NCBI RefSeq assembly: GCF_016432865.1
Contig: NC_067401.1
Span: 52,080,001 to 52,144,000 of the forward strand
Reading direction: 5' to 3'
Length of the DNA stretch: 64,000 nucleotides
DNA from: Antechinus flavipes
Lineage: Eukaryota
Shown: one piece after another, positions 13,198 through 28,352 of the stretch
Position numbering within the stretch: position 1 is the first letter of the stretch
Layout: every line of letters begins with the position of its first letter
Notes under the pieces: model-generated
Databases searched by the model: none
Seen by the model: the letters and a program-made list of their open reading frames with translations, nothing else
Told to the model about the DNA's origin: nothing
Program-made: the position numbers and the translations under genes

Positions 13198-16100
13198 AGG
13201 AGGAGGAGGATGGCGATTGTTATCGTCTCATAAGAGATCATGGGTGGGAATCACAGAGAAAGAAAAAAGCATGGATTGGTTGCAGTCTGCATCATTGGAG
13301 GGAATGCTTCCGATGCTTTCATGCTTTACAGATTCATGAAGGGGAATAATGGTAGAATAAAAGGCCTTGCACATTTCCTTTTCAGCCCTCTCCTAATTCC
13401 AAGTCCAGTGATCTTTTCCATTACACCAAGCATGCTTGAATTCCTTGACCTCCATTAGTACCAGGCCCAATGAATGAATACATTCATTCATTCATCATTT
13501 ATTTATTTCACAAAGACTTACTGAACCATTTTCTCTATTCAACTGGGCTGCACAGTAGACAGAGCTCTGGGCCTGGAATCATGAAAATCTCAGACGAAAT
13601 CTGGCCTCAGACACTTACTCTGAGCAAGCCAATTTAAAAAAAAAAATCTCTCTCTACCTCAGTTTTCTCATCTGTAAAATGGGGGTAATAATAGCACCTA
13701 TCTCACAAGGTTACTGTGAGGTTCAAATGAAATGATAATTGCAAAAGGCTTAGCACAGTACCTGGCACGTAATAAATACATATAAATGTGAGCTATTACG
13801 AATTATTATTATTAGGTTTTTGTTGAATGAATGTGTGAATGAATAAATAAAAATGAATCATTTTTAAGTGCCAAAGTTCTTAGCTTGGGCTGCTCACAGA
13901 AAAATCGAGATAGTCTTTCTCAAAGACTTCATACTCTAATTAGGGGAGACAATATATAAAAGAAAGTTCAGCAGCAGGACAGATGGAAAACTTCAGAAGT
14001 CCCCAAAATGCCACAGTGAGTCAGATGCGAAGGCCCAAGGGTCCTTATATTATTTCAGAACTTCAGATGTGAGTACTGGAGGTCAGCAGAGCATATGGTA
14101 AAGCTGGAGAACCTGAAGATGCAGCAGCAGGGCTGATGACAAGTCCCTTGTTCTTCCATCTTACCCAAAGGAATACCATCATTGATGGCTCCCATCTCAC
14201 CAAGCCATGTGAGCAGTGGAGCAGTCCGGTAAAGTTTTAAATAGCCCAGCCAGGGAAGGGAGAGAAAAGGGAAGGGAAAGAGACAGGAAGCTTTCTTGTT
14301 GTGACCAGTCTTTCTGCATCATTGCCATCCTAGATAGGATCTGTTAACCCACGGTTAGGTAGCAAGACCAGGATGTCCCAGCAAAAAAGCGTGAGGAATA
14401 AATAGGTAGTAGGAAAACAAAGAGAGAGCAATGTCCCCCCAAAATAATAGAGAATATGCAAGAAGAAGATTGAAGGAGGTTTAATGGGGTGTGATTGCAA
14501 CAAAAAGAGGTCAAGAAGGATAAGAATTAAGAAAAAGCCATCAGATTTAATTTAATTTAATTTAAGCACTGACAGCTTTGGAGAGAGCAGATTCAACTGA
14601 GATATGATTATAAGGGGTTCTGAGAGAAACTGGCACTGTGGTACAATGGAAAGAATGATGGATTTGGAATCACAGGATCTGAGTTTGAAAATTGGTTCTG
14701 CCTCTTATTGTCTGTGTGACTTTGAACCTATTCTTTAATTTTTCTGTGCTTCAGATTCCATGTTCTGTGATTGTCTTCCACTGTGAAAGTGACACATTTT
14801 CTCTGAACTGTCCAGATTTTGAAGGCACCAAAGATAGGGAGAATGTGGAACTCGAGGGGTTGAAATGAGTGATGACACAGATGGCATTTAATTGAGAACT
14901 TTTTGCTTTGCCTTTCATTGTTCCCCTATCTGGACAAGCTATCTCTTGATCAAAAGACTTGCATTATCAAAATCATAATAAATGAATGAATGAATGAATA
15001 ATTCGCAGATCCCAGATTAAAAAGCTCCCAGTGGTTTTGCCCAGCTCTAAGGTACAAGGTTCTTGTCACCACATGTGCATCTGGAGCCAAGTGGAGCAGC
15101 TTGAGCTTGGAGACAGCCACCTGGTGATTGACACTGGTACTACAACCCAAGTAGTCCATTGGGGAAAGGGTGGAGAAAAAAGTGACTTCATGATCTTTTA
15201 GGAGTAAATGAGAGGGGTGATTACTATGTGATTACTATGGGGATCTGATAACTGATTGTGAGAGTCATGAAAATATAATATATTATTAGTAAATGTTTAA
15301 TTTGTATATCTAGTTTAGATACCTGTATACCCAGAGTCACCTAAAAATTTCTTGGGTACAAAGGGGTCACGAGTGGGAAACGTTTAAGAAGCCCTGAATT
15401 AGATGACTTCTCAGAGGCCTTCCAATTCAAAATCTGTAATATCCTATGAGTGAGAGAAGTTGATATAATTTTGAATTTTTTGTATATTTATATTTCAGTA
15501 TTCCTTCTTTCATGTATCTCTGGTCTCATTGATGGGATACTTCTTTTAATTAGACAAATGGCAAACCATCCATGCTTTCCAATCCTGTTTGATTCTGATC
15601 TTTTTCTTCCTATCCATTTTCCATAAGGGAACTATCCAGTGCACTGAGGGACTTATGGATTGTGTTAGACCAAAAACCTCTTTTTCGTTTTTATGTTTTT
15701 TGCTGCCTGGTGTAGACCTCTATAGATCTCTTCTCAAAATAATGTTTTTAAATAATTGAAGAAAATGTTGAATTTCAGTTAGAACAGATGTTCTTAACCT
15801 GAGGTCTGTGTCTGAGGGTTTTTTTTTAGCATTTTGATAATAATATTTTATATTTGAAGTGGTAGAGTAGATAGAATAATGGGGGAAATCTCGGTTCAAA
15901 TATTTCAAAGTACAGATACTTATAAGTTATTCGACCCTTTGCAAGGCACTTAATCTCTATTTGCCTCAGTTTCCTCAATGATAAAAGGGGAATAATAATA
16001 GCATTTACTTCTCCAGGATTTTTATAAGATTCAAATGAAGATAATAGTTATAAAAAGTTCATAGTCCTGGACCATATTAAATGCTACATAAATGCCTATT

Positions 16101-19100
16101 CTTTTTTCCTTTCCCTTTCAATATAATTGGTTTTCTTTGTAATCCTATGTGATTCATTCTATACATTTAAAAATATTATTCTGAGGAGTCCATAAACTTC
16201 ACCAAAATATGAGAAGAATCCATGAGTAAAGGTGAGTGAAAATAAAGATGTAATTTTTTTTCCCATCCAAGTTTACAATCCCCTTGAAATCATCTGTGGA
16301 CTTCCTAATTAAGAACCCCTGCTCTAGATCTCATGATGTTATGTGGGTGCTAGGAAGCACCTGAACTATCCAGCTGTTTACCTTTTGTCGTCAATACATC
16401 CACTATCTCCAATCACACACCTTTTTGATCATATCCTTTACCTTACTTTGTGTGTTTAATTACATCATTGCAATATACTGTGCCAGGAGGTAAGAGATAT
16501 TGGACAGAAAGCCAGAAATGCCTGGGTTTAAATCATAGCCTTAATACAAATTGGCTAGGTGACCCTAGGCAAGTCATAACGTTCATTGATAGAGGAAGTT
16601 ATTTACCAGGAGATCCCTATATCGGTGAAATCATGGATCTGATTTAAAGAAGAATTTCATTGACCATATGTCTCTGTTGTCCTATGGGTGACTCATGACT
16701 TGGATTCCTCAGAGACCATACTGTTTCATAACTTCCTGCTATGTAGCATGAGCAGAAGCAAACTGGTAGAAGAACAATGGAATTTTATTTCAAAGAGGAA
16801 CTTGGGATGATTACTGCCCAATTTCCCAAATGCAATCCAGTTCACTCTCCTCCTCTTATTCAGTTCTCAATTTCCATGCTATGATGGGCCAGCTCTGTGG
16901 GACAGTTATACATTTGGTTTTTCCTTTGTGGATAGTTAGACTAAACACTTATGAGTAGTGATGAACCTTACTTAGAAAGTTCTGCAACTTTCTGGGATTT
17001 AATATTAGTCTAATATTATCTGCAAAGAGGAACATCTGGAGGACCTCATTCCCTATAGGAAATCTTTCTTCCATTTGGACTCTGCATTATACTTCCTTCT
17101 TGATAGTAGCCAATCTTTTTAGTGAGAATATATCTCCATTGTTTACACCTCATCTGATATTAATCATCAGGAGATCATCAAAAACTTATCACCACGGTTG
17201 CTTTTATCAAGGAGTCTTGTATATCTTAATATGTATAGAATGCTGCCTTATTGGCAGCAAAATTACTTTTCAACGAACAGGAAGCAAAGTGGGGCTGTTG
17301 TATTCTCTGTACCTTTTAATCAATTGTGTAAAAGACGTGCTCTGTTTTCAAATATCATTTGGGAAATCCTGCCTATTAGACCCTTCTCATATTTTCATCA
17401 AGGACGTCCTCAAAAATGTGTGTGAATTATTCTCATGGAGATTTTGTAGAGGTGAGAAGGGAGGCATATGAGTCAATAGTTATTGATGTCTTTTTTGGTA
17501 GCAATAACAGCCATGATATTTCTCGCCCCCCCCCCCCGGCAATCATTAAGCATCTTCTTCCCTTTCAGATAGCTCACAAAATCAATTCCTTCAAAATTGT
17601 GTTGCTTCCAGCATGGATCTCTCCTGTTTATACTTGGCCTGATGCAGCTGTTTTTTTCTGTCTTTGTTTTCCAAAATTGCTATTTCTGCTTTCTCACATT
17701 TCCTCGTGTTTAGTTCAACTCATTTCACTTCCTATGGGAAGCTTTTCCTGGTTCCCTAGTTATTTAAGCTCTCTCAGATTGTCCTTAATTTACTTATATG
17801 GGTCAGTGCTATATCTTCCTAGTAGAATATAAGCACCACGAAAGCAGGGGATTCTGTTGTCTTGACATCCCTAGTATCCCTTTCACAGAGTAATAACTGC
17901 TTTGAATACTTGTGTTTGCACTGAAATTACTGAGTATCAAAGAATGAGCTAGTTTGATTTGGAAGGAATATTCCCATCTTTTTCTCTGCAACAGATCTTG
18001 ACCCGTTAGCTGGTCATTTTTTGCTTTTGTTTATGTAAGCACATGACTCAGTATCCCATGAAATTACATTTCTTGCTGTCTGGATACATTATAAAACCAT
18101 CTCCCATCAAATCCTTTCTAAAACCTTTCCAAAGAGAACCTGTGAACCATACTTTCATTTATCACATCTTCCTTATGTCTTCTGGTCTCATTTTTTTTAG
18201 CAAAAATATCATTACTGATCAAATGAGATCATTATGGATCAAATGAGATAATATTTCTGAAGCACTTAGTACAGTGCCTGACACATAGTAGATGATTCAT
18301 AAATGCTAATTCCCTTCCCTTATTATTGAAATGATCCATTTTTTCTAGTAGTATGATATTCATTGGTCATTGGTCAAGGTTCTCCAATGTAGAAGACATA
18401 TCAGCAGTTAAATTAGTTTTTTTAAGTGATTTAAAGCCTTTGTAATACTTTAAGTTCATTCTCAAACACTTGCCGTATGATCCTGAGCAAGTTTCCTACC
18501 TTCTGTCTGCCTCAGTTTTCTCATCTGTAAAATGGGAATAACAATAACACTTAACTCCTAGGACTGTTGCAAGAGAGAGATTAGATAATACTTACAAAGT
18601 ACTTTGCAAATCTTAAAGTGCTATATAAATGCTAGTTTTTATTAGCTATTATTATTTTTATCACTCTTTGCCTCTTTTTCATCACTGTAACAGAAGAGGA
18701 AAGTGGGTCACTCAAGAGTGACCATGTTTCATGAGTTGCCATAGCCCAAGAATTCATTACCGAGTGACCAGCCTCTCTAATTATGAGCTTCTCTTTTATT
18801 AGTCAAGCTTGACCCCAGAAAGTAGGTTCCATCTGTTGTTAGGACTATACAGCTTGGTGTGTAAACTTTTTACCTTAGGGTAAACTCACATACCACCATG
18901 AAGCATCAGAGTTTATTTGTGGATTTGTATCTATGTATCATGTCATTTTATATTAATGATGTCTATAAATATGTCATGTGCCCCTACTAGATTATAAGTT
19001 TCATGAAGGGAGAAATCATGTCTTTAGTAAACTCTATTATCTTCCCTGGTACTTAGTGCAGGGCTTACTGTATATTCACCGAATGAATATCCACTGAATG

Positions 19101-22100
19101 GAATCACTGAATACCCCACGACACTATAATAGGCACTGTGAGAAAATAAAAAGATGAATAATAACTGATCCCTGCCCTCCCCAGCCCATATCAAGGGAAA
19201 TCACAGCAGGAGCCACACTGAATTCCATATTCCGGGTATTGTTCCATAAATACATCGCCAACCTCTTCATCCTGTGTTGGAAATGATTAAACGATACAGT
19301 GTATTTGATATGACAATCTATTGCTTTAATAGAGCCCAGGGTAAGATAAGATTAAAAGAAATGCCACAAAGGAGAGAAGAAAAATCTTTCATCTCTAGAA
19401 AGTAATGAAGACAGACCCCAGATACGATAAAGGTCTGTCTCTAAGTGGTGGGATCAAATTATATAAGGCTGTAATGAGCTTGACACAATTGGATTTCCAT
19501 ATGCAGCTCTCATCACCCAGAGCTTCCCTAAAGCAATAAAAACCACTTTCTCATATGGGGAGGGAAGAACATTGTTTGGATGTAAACATGCAGTTGGAGG
19601 GGAAAGAAGGACACGAGCAGATTTTCTGAAGCAAGGAGCTTGTTGGGATGAGAATGACTTTTGGAAACTTGGCCCAGTTGGGCAGAGAGAGAACAGATAG
19701 ATTTCCCCCCTTTCTTCCTTCCCTCTTTCTACTTCTATTTCTCTGGCCTGTCTAGCTGGGGTAAGCATTTGAAGGAACAGAGGGAGAAGGGGCAGGTCAC
19801 TGGTTCAGACTTTAGAACTAGAAGGACCTAGTCAGAACCCCTTTTTTTCTATACAAGTAAACTGAGGCCAAAACAGATTAAATGACTTTCTAATGTCCCA
19901 TAAATCATTAGTAAGCCAGAGGTGCTGTTTTAAAAACTCCAGAGCAGCCAGGTACAAGAGAAAGATATTGGCTCAATCCTATCTTTGACCTTCCTATCTG
20001 GAGGATCTTCTGGCTTCTATAAAATGAAAAGCAGGTTAGTCCAAATGGCTTCCATGGTCTCTTCCAGCTCTAAGTCTATGATCTAACCAAATACAATGTG
20101 CTTTCTACCTTTAAAAGTCATGCAATTTTCTATGCTTGTTTAACCGGATTTGTAGCCCCAAACTCCAGTCCCGTGTTCTAGCCTCACCAATTCCTGGGGG
20201 TGAAAAGGATAACCTCCATTTCCATCACTGCTCCCAGACTAGGGCAGATATTGGTAGATGCTTTCTTTAGATGGCTGAGGAAGAACGCAGACAGTGAAAA
20301 ACTAAACCTTTTGCTTAAGTCTGTGTACCTAATCTTAGACATTCACTGGTTTACATTCTTGACCCTGCCTCTCACTCTCTGTCAGTTCTTTGTAGCTGAA
20401 TTTATTTTGCTGACTTGCTATAGCTCTACTCTTTAGAATTTCCTTAAGCTCAAATCTTTTGCATACAGAGTTGACATGACTCATGATGTGCATTATTTTT
20501 TGAGAAGTAGAGATGGCTTTAGCTAAACTATCCACACTCTCTCAACCCAACACTGCCAAGATATATTATTTGTGAAATAAATGTCCAACGTTTGGGGTAC
20601 AATGTATGGCCTAGCCATAGCAAAGTTCTGTGACCTACTTGTAGATGGAACTGTGACCCTTAGCCCTATTTACTTTGGGCTGCTAACCAATTTACCTCAA
20701 TGAGAAAATTGTTCCCAAAAGGTCCATTGAAGTTTCCTTACCTGTCCCTCTGGGCCCATTCTAAACCTTCTTTGATCCCTAGATATTTCTTGTATCCAGT
20801 ATGTTCCTGAATATTATTACTAGAATTGATCATCATTATTTTCCTGTCAGTGGCCAAGGCAAAATCCTCTGGGCTAATGGACAAATCATGGTAAATGCCT
20901 TGCACTTCTATTAGATAATCCAACCCCCTGGATCCCTGGACTAGTTTTAACAGTTAACAACCAACCAAATAGAACTCAGGATGAGTCCTGTTCCTAGGTA
21001 GAGGAGTCTGAATAGGAGAACACAACAAATGACTGAATTAAGCAAATAAGCAAGCATATATTAAGCACCTCCTATGTGTCAAGCAAATGAAATAATCCCT
21101 GGCCTCAAGGAAATTATATTCTATCTGAAAATAGCCCGGGATGCAGTGGGAAACCTTGACCTTTTTAAGCTAAGGACTTTAACCGGTCTCAGTTTGACTA
21201 AGGCAACACCTATTCAGTGATCAAGGATAGAGAAGAAAAGTTAAGGCAAAGAACGGCCTTTTTTTTTTTTTTACCTGTTCATAAATTATCTGATCTATAT
21301 CTGGCCACTGGACCCAAATGGTTCCAAAGGAGAAAATGAGGCTGGTGATTTTACACAGCCCTCCCTCACTCAAATCTAGATCTCAGATATCATGGTTATC
21401 ATCCAGAATGAAGCGCAAAGAATAACAACATTGTATCTAGAGAGAACATATAACTGAAAAAATATCTATAAGATATGTGTAACAATATATAATATATATG
21501 TACAAAGTAATTTGGGAGGGAGAAGATATTAAGTACTCAAGATTATGGAAAGCTTCATGGAGAAGACTGAGTTTGAGGTGAGCTTTGAAGAAAACTAGGG
21601 ATTCCAAGAGATTGGGGCAAAAAGAGAGGGCAAGGGAAAGAGAGATGGGAGGTGGATAAAGAGCCTTTTGTGAAGAACAAAAAGAGAAGTTTGGCCAGAC
21701 TGGGGAAAGAGAAGTGCCATAAGGTAACAAAGTGCCCCCCTAACCTAACTCTCTATAACTGCAAACTTCCTTAGAACCATAAATATGAACTAAATGACCC
21801 TGGGAAGATCCTGTGAGTCTGGAGTTGTTACCCTCCTGGTTACAACCACAGAGGAGTCTATTGGTGAACGGGGAGTTACCTGCTGAGACTCAGAGTTTGA
21901 ACTGGGGGCTATTTTACATTCTTTAGGGTCCCCTCCTCCAGCTCTTCTCATCTCTCCTCTCCCTCCCCCAAAGTCTCCTTCCCTCCCTGAATTAATTTCT
22001 TAGTTGTGCTGCTGTCATGGTTACCCTGATAAGGCTTATTAGGAAGAAAAAAGCAGCTAATATGTACCTTGCGTCCTTCCCATTCCTGCCCAGTGGGAAA

Positions 22101-22919
22101 GATAGACAGACCTCCAGGTCAGAAGTTCTTAGGACCAAGGAAAATTTCAATGAATAAGAAGCTGGAGGCATCCTCAACTGGGAGGTTCTGGAACATATAT
22201 CATAGAAATCAGTGTTCCAAAGTCACATCCGTCCCTCTCTCCTGACACCCAACAGATGCAAATTCATTAGAACAAACTTAGAGAGATATAGCTTCCAATA
22301 GTAGTCCTTTTTGGAGCACTAGGAGGAGGCAATTGGGATTAAATGACTTGCCCAGAATAATAAGTGTCTAAGGCTAGATTTGAACTCAGGTTTTTCTGAC
22401 TCCTTAACTAGTGTTCTATCCACTGCACCATCTAGTTGTCCCCACATAGTATTGTTCATTAAAAACACACATGTATTAGATTCCTATTATGGGCCCAGCT
22501 ATGCTAGGGACTAGAGGAAGAATCAAAGAATCAGAGTAGTTCCTCAGGGACCTTGAAATCTAGTTAAGGGATGAGCTACATATGTGAAACATCCTCAGTG
22601 CAGGAAAATAAATAAGAAGGGTTAGGTAAATTCTTTAAGTCCAGGGATTATTTCATTTGCTAGGAGGTACTTATTTCCCCACAACTCCCCTTGGAAACAG
22701 TACTCATCCTGAGTATGTTTGACTGGTTGTTATCTGTTAAAACTAATCCAGGGATCCAGGGAGATGGACTACCTAATAGAAGTGTAAGACATATACCATG
22801 ATTTGTCCATTAGCCCAGAGAATCTTGCCTTGGCCACTGTCAGGAAAATAATGATGACCAATTCTAGTATTATCTCCCAAGATTCACCAAAGACTCTGAA
22901 TTTGACTATAAAATATTCT

Positions 22920-23520
22920 TTACAGAAATAAAAATAGACCTAAATGTTAGAGAAACATTAATTGTTCATGGATAGGTTGAGCCAATATTTTTTAAAATGG
23001 CAATATTACTTAAATTAATTATTCAACATGATATATCAAACTCCCAAAGAATATTTTATAAAATTAGAAAAAATAATAATGAGATTCCTATGGAAGAACA
23101 AAAGATCAAGAAACAAAGAGTAATAATGAAAAAAGTGGGAAGGAAGGAGCTCTACTTGTGCCAAATCTTACACTGTACTATAAAGCAGTAATCATTAAAA
23201 CATTTGGTACTGATTTTAAAGAGAGAAATCAATCAATCAGTAGAGCTTATTATGTATACAATATAACAGAAACAAATAGTGACATGGTGTTTGATAAACC
23301 AAAAGACCCCAATTATTGATAGGGGAAGTACACTATTTAACATTATTTAACAACCTGGAAGAAATTAGGTTTCACTTCACTCTATGTAACAAAGTAAGCT
23401 CTAAATGGCCTAGATGTAAAAGGTCACATCAAAAACAATTGAAAGGAGAGAGGAAGAAACTACCTTCCAGATTTAAATAGGAAATCAAGAGGAACTCACA
23501 AGACTAAAATGGATAAATAT
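22920..23520 (+). mobile_element. Old degraded L1 ORF2 fragment
   Basis: ORF 22997-23191 begins MAILLKLI, resembling the L1 ORF2 segment KMAILPK. A-rich and heavily disrupted. Confidence 0.65.
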
Positions 23521-25092
23521 TATTATTGTCATCATCACACTGTTTTAGGCAGAACAGCATGAAAGCAAATGCATACAGGTGGGAAACTACAAGACGAAAG
23601 ACCTTGAATGCCACAAAAAAACATTTAGACTAATAAGAAAGTCACTAAAGATTTTAAGGCAATGGGACAAGACAGCTCTGTGTTTGGATAGAAGGATCAC
23701 TCTATCAAAAATATGAAAAATGGGAGAGAAATAAATGGAGAAAGGGAAAGCAAGATCTCTGCTGATTTTAAGCACAATGCACAACACAAGGAGACCCTTT
23801 CACATTGATACAGAGACGTGTTACCTGTATATATGTATATGACATGATCTTTCTTTACTCAAACAAATGTGAATGACCTTATATTATCATCATCACCATC
23901 ATCATTTATATAATTGTTTAAAGTTTGTAAAGCATTGTAGATAACAATCCTGTGAGGTAGGTGTTATTATTATTCCCATCTGATAGATGAAGAAACTGTG
24001 GCTGCAAGAGATTAAGTCATTTGCTCAAAATCACACAGTCAGTTAATATCTAAAATGGAATTTGAAATCAAGTGTTCTTTCCTAAGTTTACATAAAGATA
24101 GCATGTCAATATATTAACTCTCCAATAATTATGTATAGTATCTGAAGTAGCAGCCTACCTGAGTCACCAACCCAGAACTTTCATTCATCTCTGGCACAAT
24201 TATGAAATAGTCTTCCTAAAAAGCTGAAATATGCCCTCCTGTCACCAAGTCTACATAACCTGAAGACAACTAGACTATCTTCTATATCACCCAATCAGTG
24301 ACTTCAAATAATAACAAGTCATGTCTTACATTTAGTATTAAACTGGAGAAAATGAAATGGAATATTATTCAAAACATTAAAATATTTTGCTCTATTGTAT
24401 GTACATAACTCTAGAGTCCCCACTCATTTATCTGGAATCTCTTCTCTCTGTTGCTGACTACCCTCTACATCCACAGGACTCCAATATTTAACATATTATG
24501 ATTACATGATTTATTGTGCATAGTAAAAAAAAAAGAAGAAGAAAGAAAGAAAGAAACCAAATATACTGTCCTCTCACCATCTCTTAAGCCTCCTCCTGCT
24601 TGCCCTTCCAAATTTTCAAAGAGAGAATTCCAAAACTACCCATAGCTGAAAATAAGGAATAAAGAAAAAGGATGGGAGGGTAGGGAGGAAATAACCTCTC
24701 TTCTCAAGACCATAGACTTTTAGGAAAGGAAAGCAGAAGAGATAGTGTTGAAAAACAATGTCTGCTTTTCTGCTTATTATTAATCCAACTGAATTCACAG
24801 TAATTAACATCTTAACACTTGGGGCATATTTTTGTCAAAGTTTCATCTCTATCCCAGGATCTCTGTCCAATAAGAACATCTCTTCCATAGCTCAGGTCTC
24901 CGGCAGCCTCAACAAGTGATCAATAAAGTCTTCAGTGAAAGTAATAGGATAGAAATGGCTATCCATATCCTGTCATGTAGCCAGTCCTATCCTGCAGCAT
25001 GCTCAGTCCACTGTCCCAGGTCACATTTCTAGATCTCAGCTCAGAATGGAAGAAGCTCACCATCACACATAAAAACTGCAACATGAGATCTT

Positions 25093-26780
25093 TTTTTTTA
25101 AATTTTTATTTAATAATTACTTTATATTGACAGAATCCATGCCAGGGTAATTTTTTTACAACATTATCCCTTGCACTCGTTTCTTTTCTGATTTTTTTTC
25201 CCTCCCTCCCTCCACCCCCTCCCCTAGATGGCAAGCAGTCCTTTATATGTTGGATATGTTGCAGTATATCCTAGATACAATATATGTTTGCAGAACCGAA
25301 CAGTTCCCTTGTTGCATAGGGAGAATTGGATTCAGAAGGTATAAATAACCTGGGAAGAAAAACAAAAATGCAGATAGTTCACATTCGTTTCCCAGTGTTC
25401 TTTCTTTGGGTGTAGCTGCTTCTGTCCATCATTTATCAGTTGAAACTCAGTTATGTCTCTTTGTCAAAGAAATACACTTCCATCAGAATACATCCTCATA
25501 CAATATCGTTGTCGAAGTGTATAATGATCTCCTGGTTCTGCTCATTTCACTTAGCATCAGTTCATGTAAGTCTCGCCAGTCCTCTCTGTATTCATCCTGC
25601 TGGTCATTTCTTACAGAACAATAATATTCCATAACATTCATACACCACAATTTACCCAGCCATTCTCCAATTGATGGGCATCCATTCATTTTCCAGTTTC
25701 TAGCCACTACAAATAGGGCTGCTACAAACATTTTGGCACATACAGGTCCCTTTCCCTTCTTTAGTATTTCTTTGGGATATAAGCCCAATAGAAACACTGC
25801 TGGATCAAAGGGTATGCACAATTTGATAATTTTGGGGGCATAATTCCAGATTGCTCTCCAGAATGGTTGGATTCGTTCACAACTCCACCAACAATGCATT
25901 AGTGTCCCAGTTTTCCCGCATTCCCTCCAACATTCATCCTTATTTTTTCCTGTCATCTTAGCCAATCTGACAGGTGTGTAGTGGTATCTCAGAGTTGTCT
26001 TAATTTGCATTTCTCTGATCAATAATGATTTGGAACACTCTTTCATATGAGTGGTAATAGTTTCAATTTCATCCTCTGAAAATTGTCTGTTCATATCCTT
26101 TGACCATTTATCAACTGGAGAATGGCTTGATTTCTTATAAATTTGAGTCCGTTCTCTCTATATTTTGGAAATGAGGGCTTTATCAGAACCTTTAACTGTG
26201 AATATGTTTTCCCAGTTTGTTGCTTCCCTTCTAATCTTGTTTGCATTAGTTTTGTTTGTACAAAGGCTTTTTAATTTGATGTAATCAAAATTTTCTATTT
26301 TGTGATCGGTAATGGCCTCTAGTTCATCTTTGGTCACAAATTTCTTTCTCCTCCACAAGTCTGAGAGATAAACTATTCTATGTTCCTCTAATTTATTTAT
26401 AATTTGTTCTTTATGCCTAGGTCATGGACCCATTTTGATCTTATCTTGGTATATGGTGTTAAGTGTGGGTCCATGCCTAATTTCTGCCATACTAATTTCC
26501 AATTATCCCAGCAGTTTTTATCAAATAATGAATTCTTTTCCCAGAAGTTAGGGGCTTTGGGTTTGTCAAACACTAGATTGCTATAGTTGACTATTCTGTC
26601 TTGTGAACCTAATCTTTTCCACTGATCCATCTATTTCTTAGCCAATACCAAATGGTTTTGGTGACTGCTGCTTTATAATATAATTTTAGATCAGGTACAG
26701 CTAGGCCACCTTCATTTGATTTTTTTTTCATTAATTCCCTTGAGATTCTCTACTTTTTATTGTTCCCTATGAATTTTGTT
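25093..26780 (-). mobile_element. Relatively young, 5'-truncated LINE-1 (ORF2 C-terminal part plus 3'UTR), antisense to KCND3
   Basis: ORF2-like fragments at 25483-26094 (MNRQFSEDEIETIT...HCWW...), 26158-26358 and 26397-26630, broken by stops and frameshifts. T-run (poly-A tail) at the left end. 16-bp TSD TGCAACATGAGATCTT at 25077-25092 and 26781-26796. Confidence 0.93.
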
Positions 26781-26798
26781 TGCAACATGAGATCTTAA

Positions 26799-27014
<216 letters not shown>

Positions 27015-27157
27015 TGAGCCCTAGATCCTTTTCATGCTCATAGTCTATTTCCCTCTCACCCCCGACAGGTAAGGAGTGATAATTCTGACCTTCCCCCAGA
27101 TATCTGATCTATTAGATTTGCCTCATTAACCATCTCCTCCAACATATGTATGTGTGG

Positions 27158-27160
<3 letters not shown>

Positions 27161-27204
<44 letters not shown>
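27161..27204. repeat. (CA)22 microsatellite
   Basis: Read directly from the sequence. Confidence 0.95.
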
Positions 27205-27208
<4 letters not shown>

Positions 27209-28262
27209 GGGTTTCTCAGTTTGAACTGAATTTTCCCCTCAAGAGGTATTGAGCCTATCTCCTTAGGGGGAACTATTCCAAAGCTGCTTTCCTTCCAATC
27301 AAGCCACCAAATATGGCTCTTCCATGTACCAGTAAATGTGCCAGATGAGGCTCAAAGGCAAAAGTGAAACAACTCCTGCCTTCAAGGAGCTTGCAATCTA
27401 TCGGAGGAGGTAATGTGTGTAGAGGTACATTCAGAATGTGAACCAAACACGTACAGGTTCACTTTGGCGAGTAGGTGGAGGTACTGAAATGGAGTTTTGA
27501 AGACCAGGATTTCAACAGGTGGAAATGAGGAAGGATTCCAGACACAGGGGACAGCCTGTACAAAGGCACACAGAGAAGTAAGATGGAATGTCATGTGGGA
27601 GGCACAGATGGCTCCCATGGCTTAAACCAGCACTTCTCAGAGTGTGTGCAATGGAACTCTAGCATGATTCAAATTTCACTGTGCCAAGAATCTCCTCCCT
27701 CCACCCCAAGACTTCCTCATTTACCAGCCCCCTTCCCCAGCTGCAGTTTGCTGTCTGCTTTTCCCAGCTTAGTCTTGGGAAGGTCACACAATCGCAGCTC
27801 TATCCCAGTCCTGAGAATGTACAGAAAATGGAAGTTTGAGAAGGGAGAGACTCAAAGGAATCCCAAGGCCCCAGTGAAGATGAGTTACCTGAATGTCCAG
27901 TAACCTTCTTTGTGCCATAATTCCCCAAAGCAAAAAATATTATGAAGTGAGGCAGGGAGGAAGAAGCATAAGAATGACTGGCTTAAATCCTGGCTGATCT
28001 GAAGCTGTGTAGTGCCATACCTAGGCAGCATATATCTCACTTGTTCCCTGAAACATTCATCCCTCCATCAGTAATTTCTTTCTCAATAACCACAGCATCC
28101 TCTTTACATCTACTCCCCGAGCCAAAGCAGCAAGTAGGGTAAGTGCCATTGAAACCTGTACAAGTCAATAAAGAATTTCCCAACACCTAGAGATCAAGGA
28201 TAGCTGGGAAGAAGGAACTGCTCTCCTTTCCCTGCTTTATTTTATCTCCTTCCTTGTCTCAG

Positions 28263-28352
28263 GGTTCCCCAGAGGATGAGCACCTGACCAAGACCACATC
28301 ACTCATTGAGAGCCAGCACCACCACCTGCTGCACTGCCTGGAGAAAACTACT
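28263..28352 (+). CDS. KCND3: KCND3 coding exon, 90 nt, carrying the Kv4 dileucine motif
   Basis: gtctcag|GGTTCC...ACTACT|gtaagt. Translates [30 protein letters not shown]. Confidence 0.96.

Noticed and set aside
17241-17259. Hairpin TGCTGCC-TTATT-GGCAGCA
   Set aside because: A 7-bp stem is expected by chance several times in 64 kb; it is not followed by a U-tract and does not match the NFI spacing and orientation.
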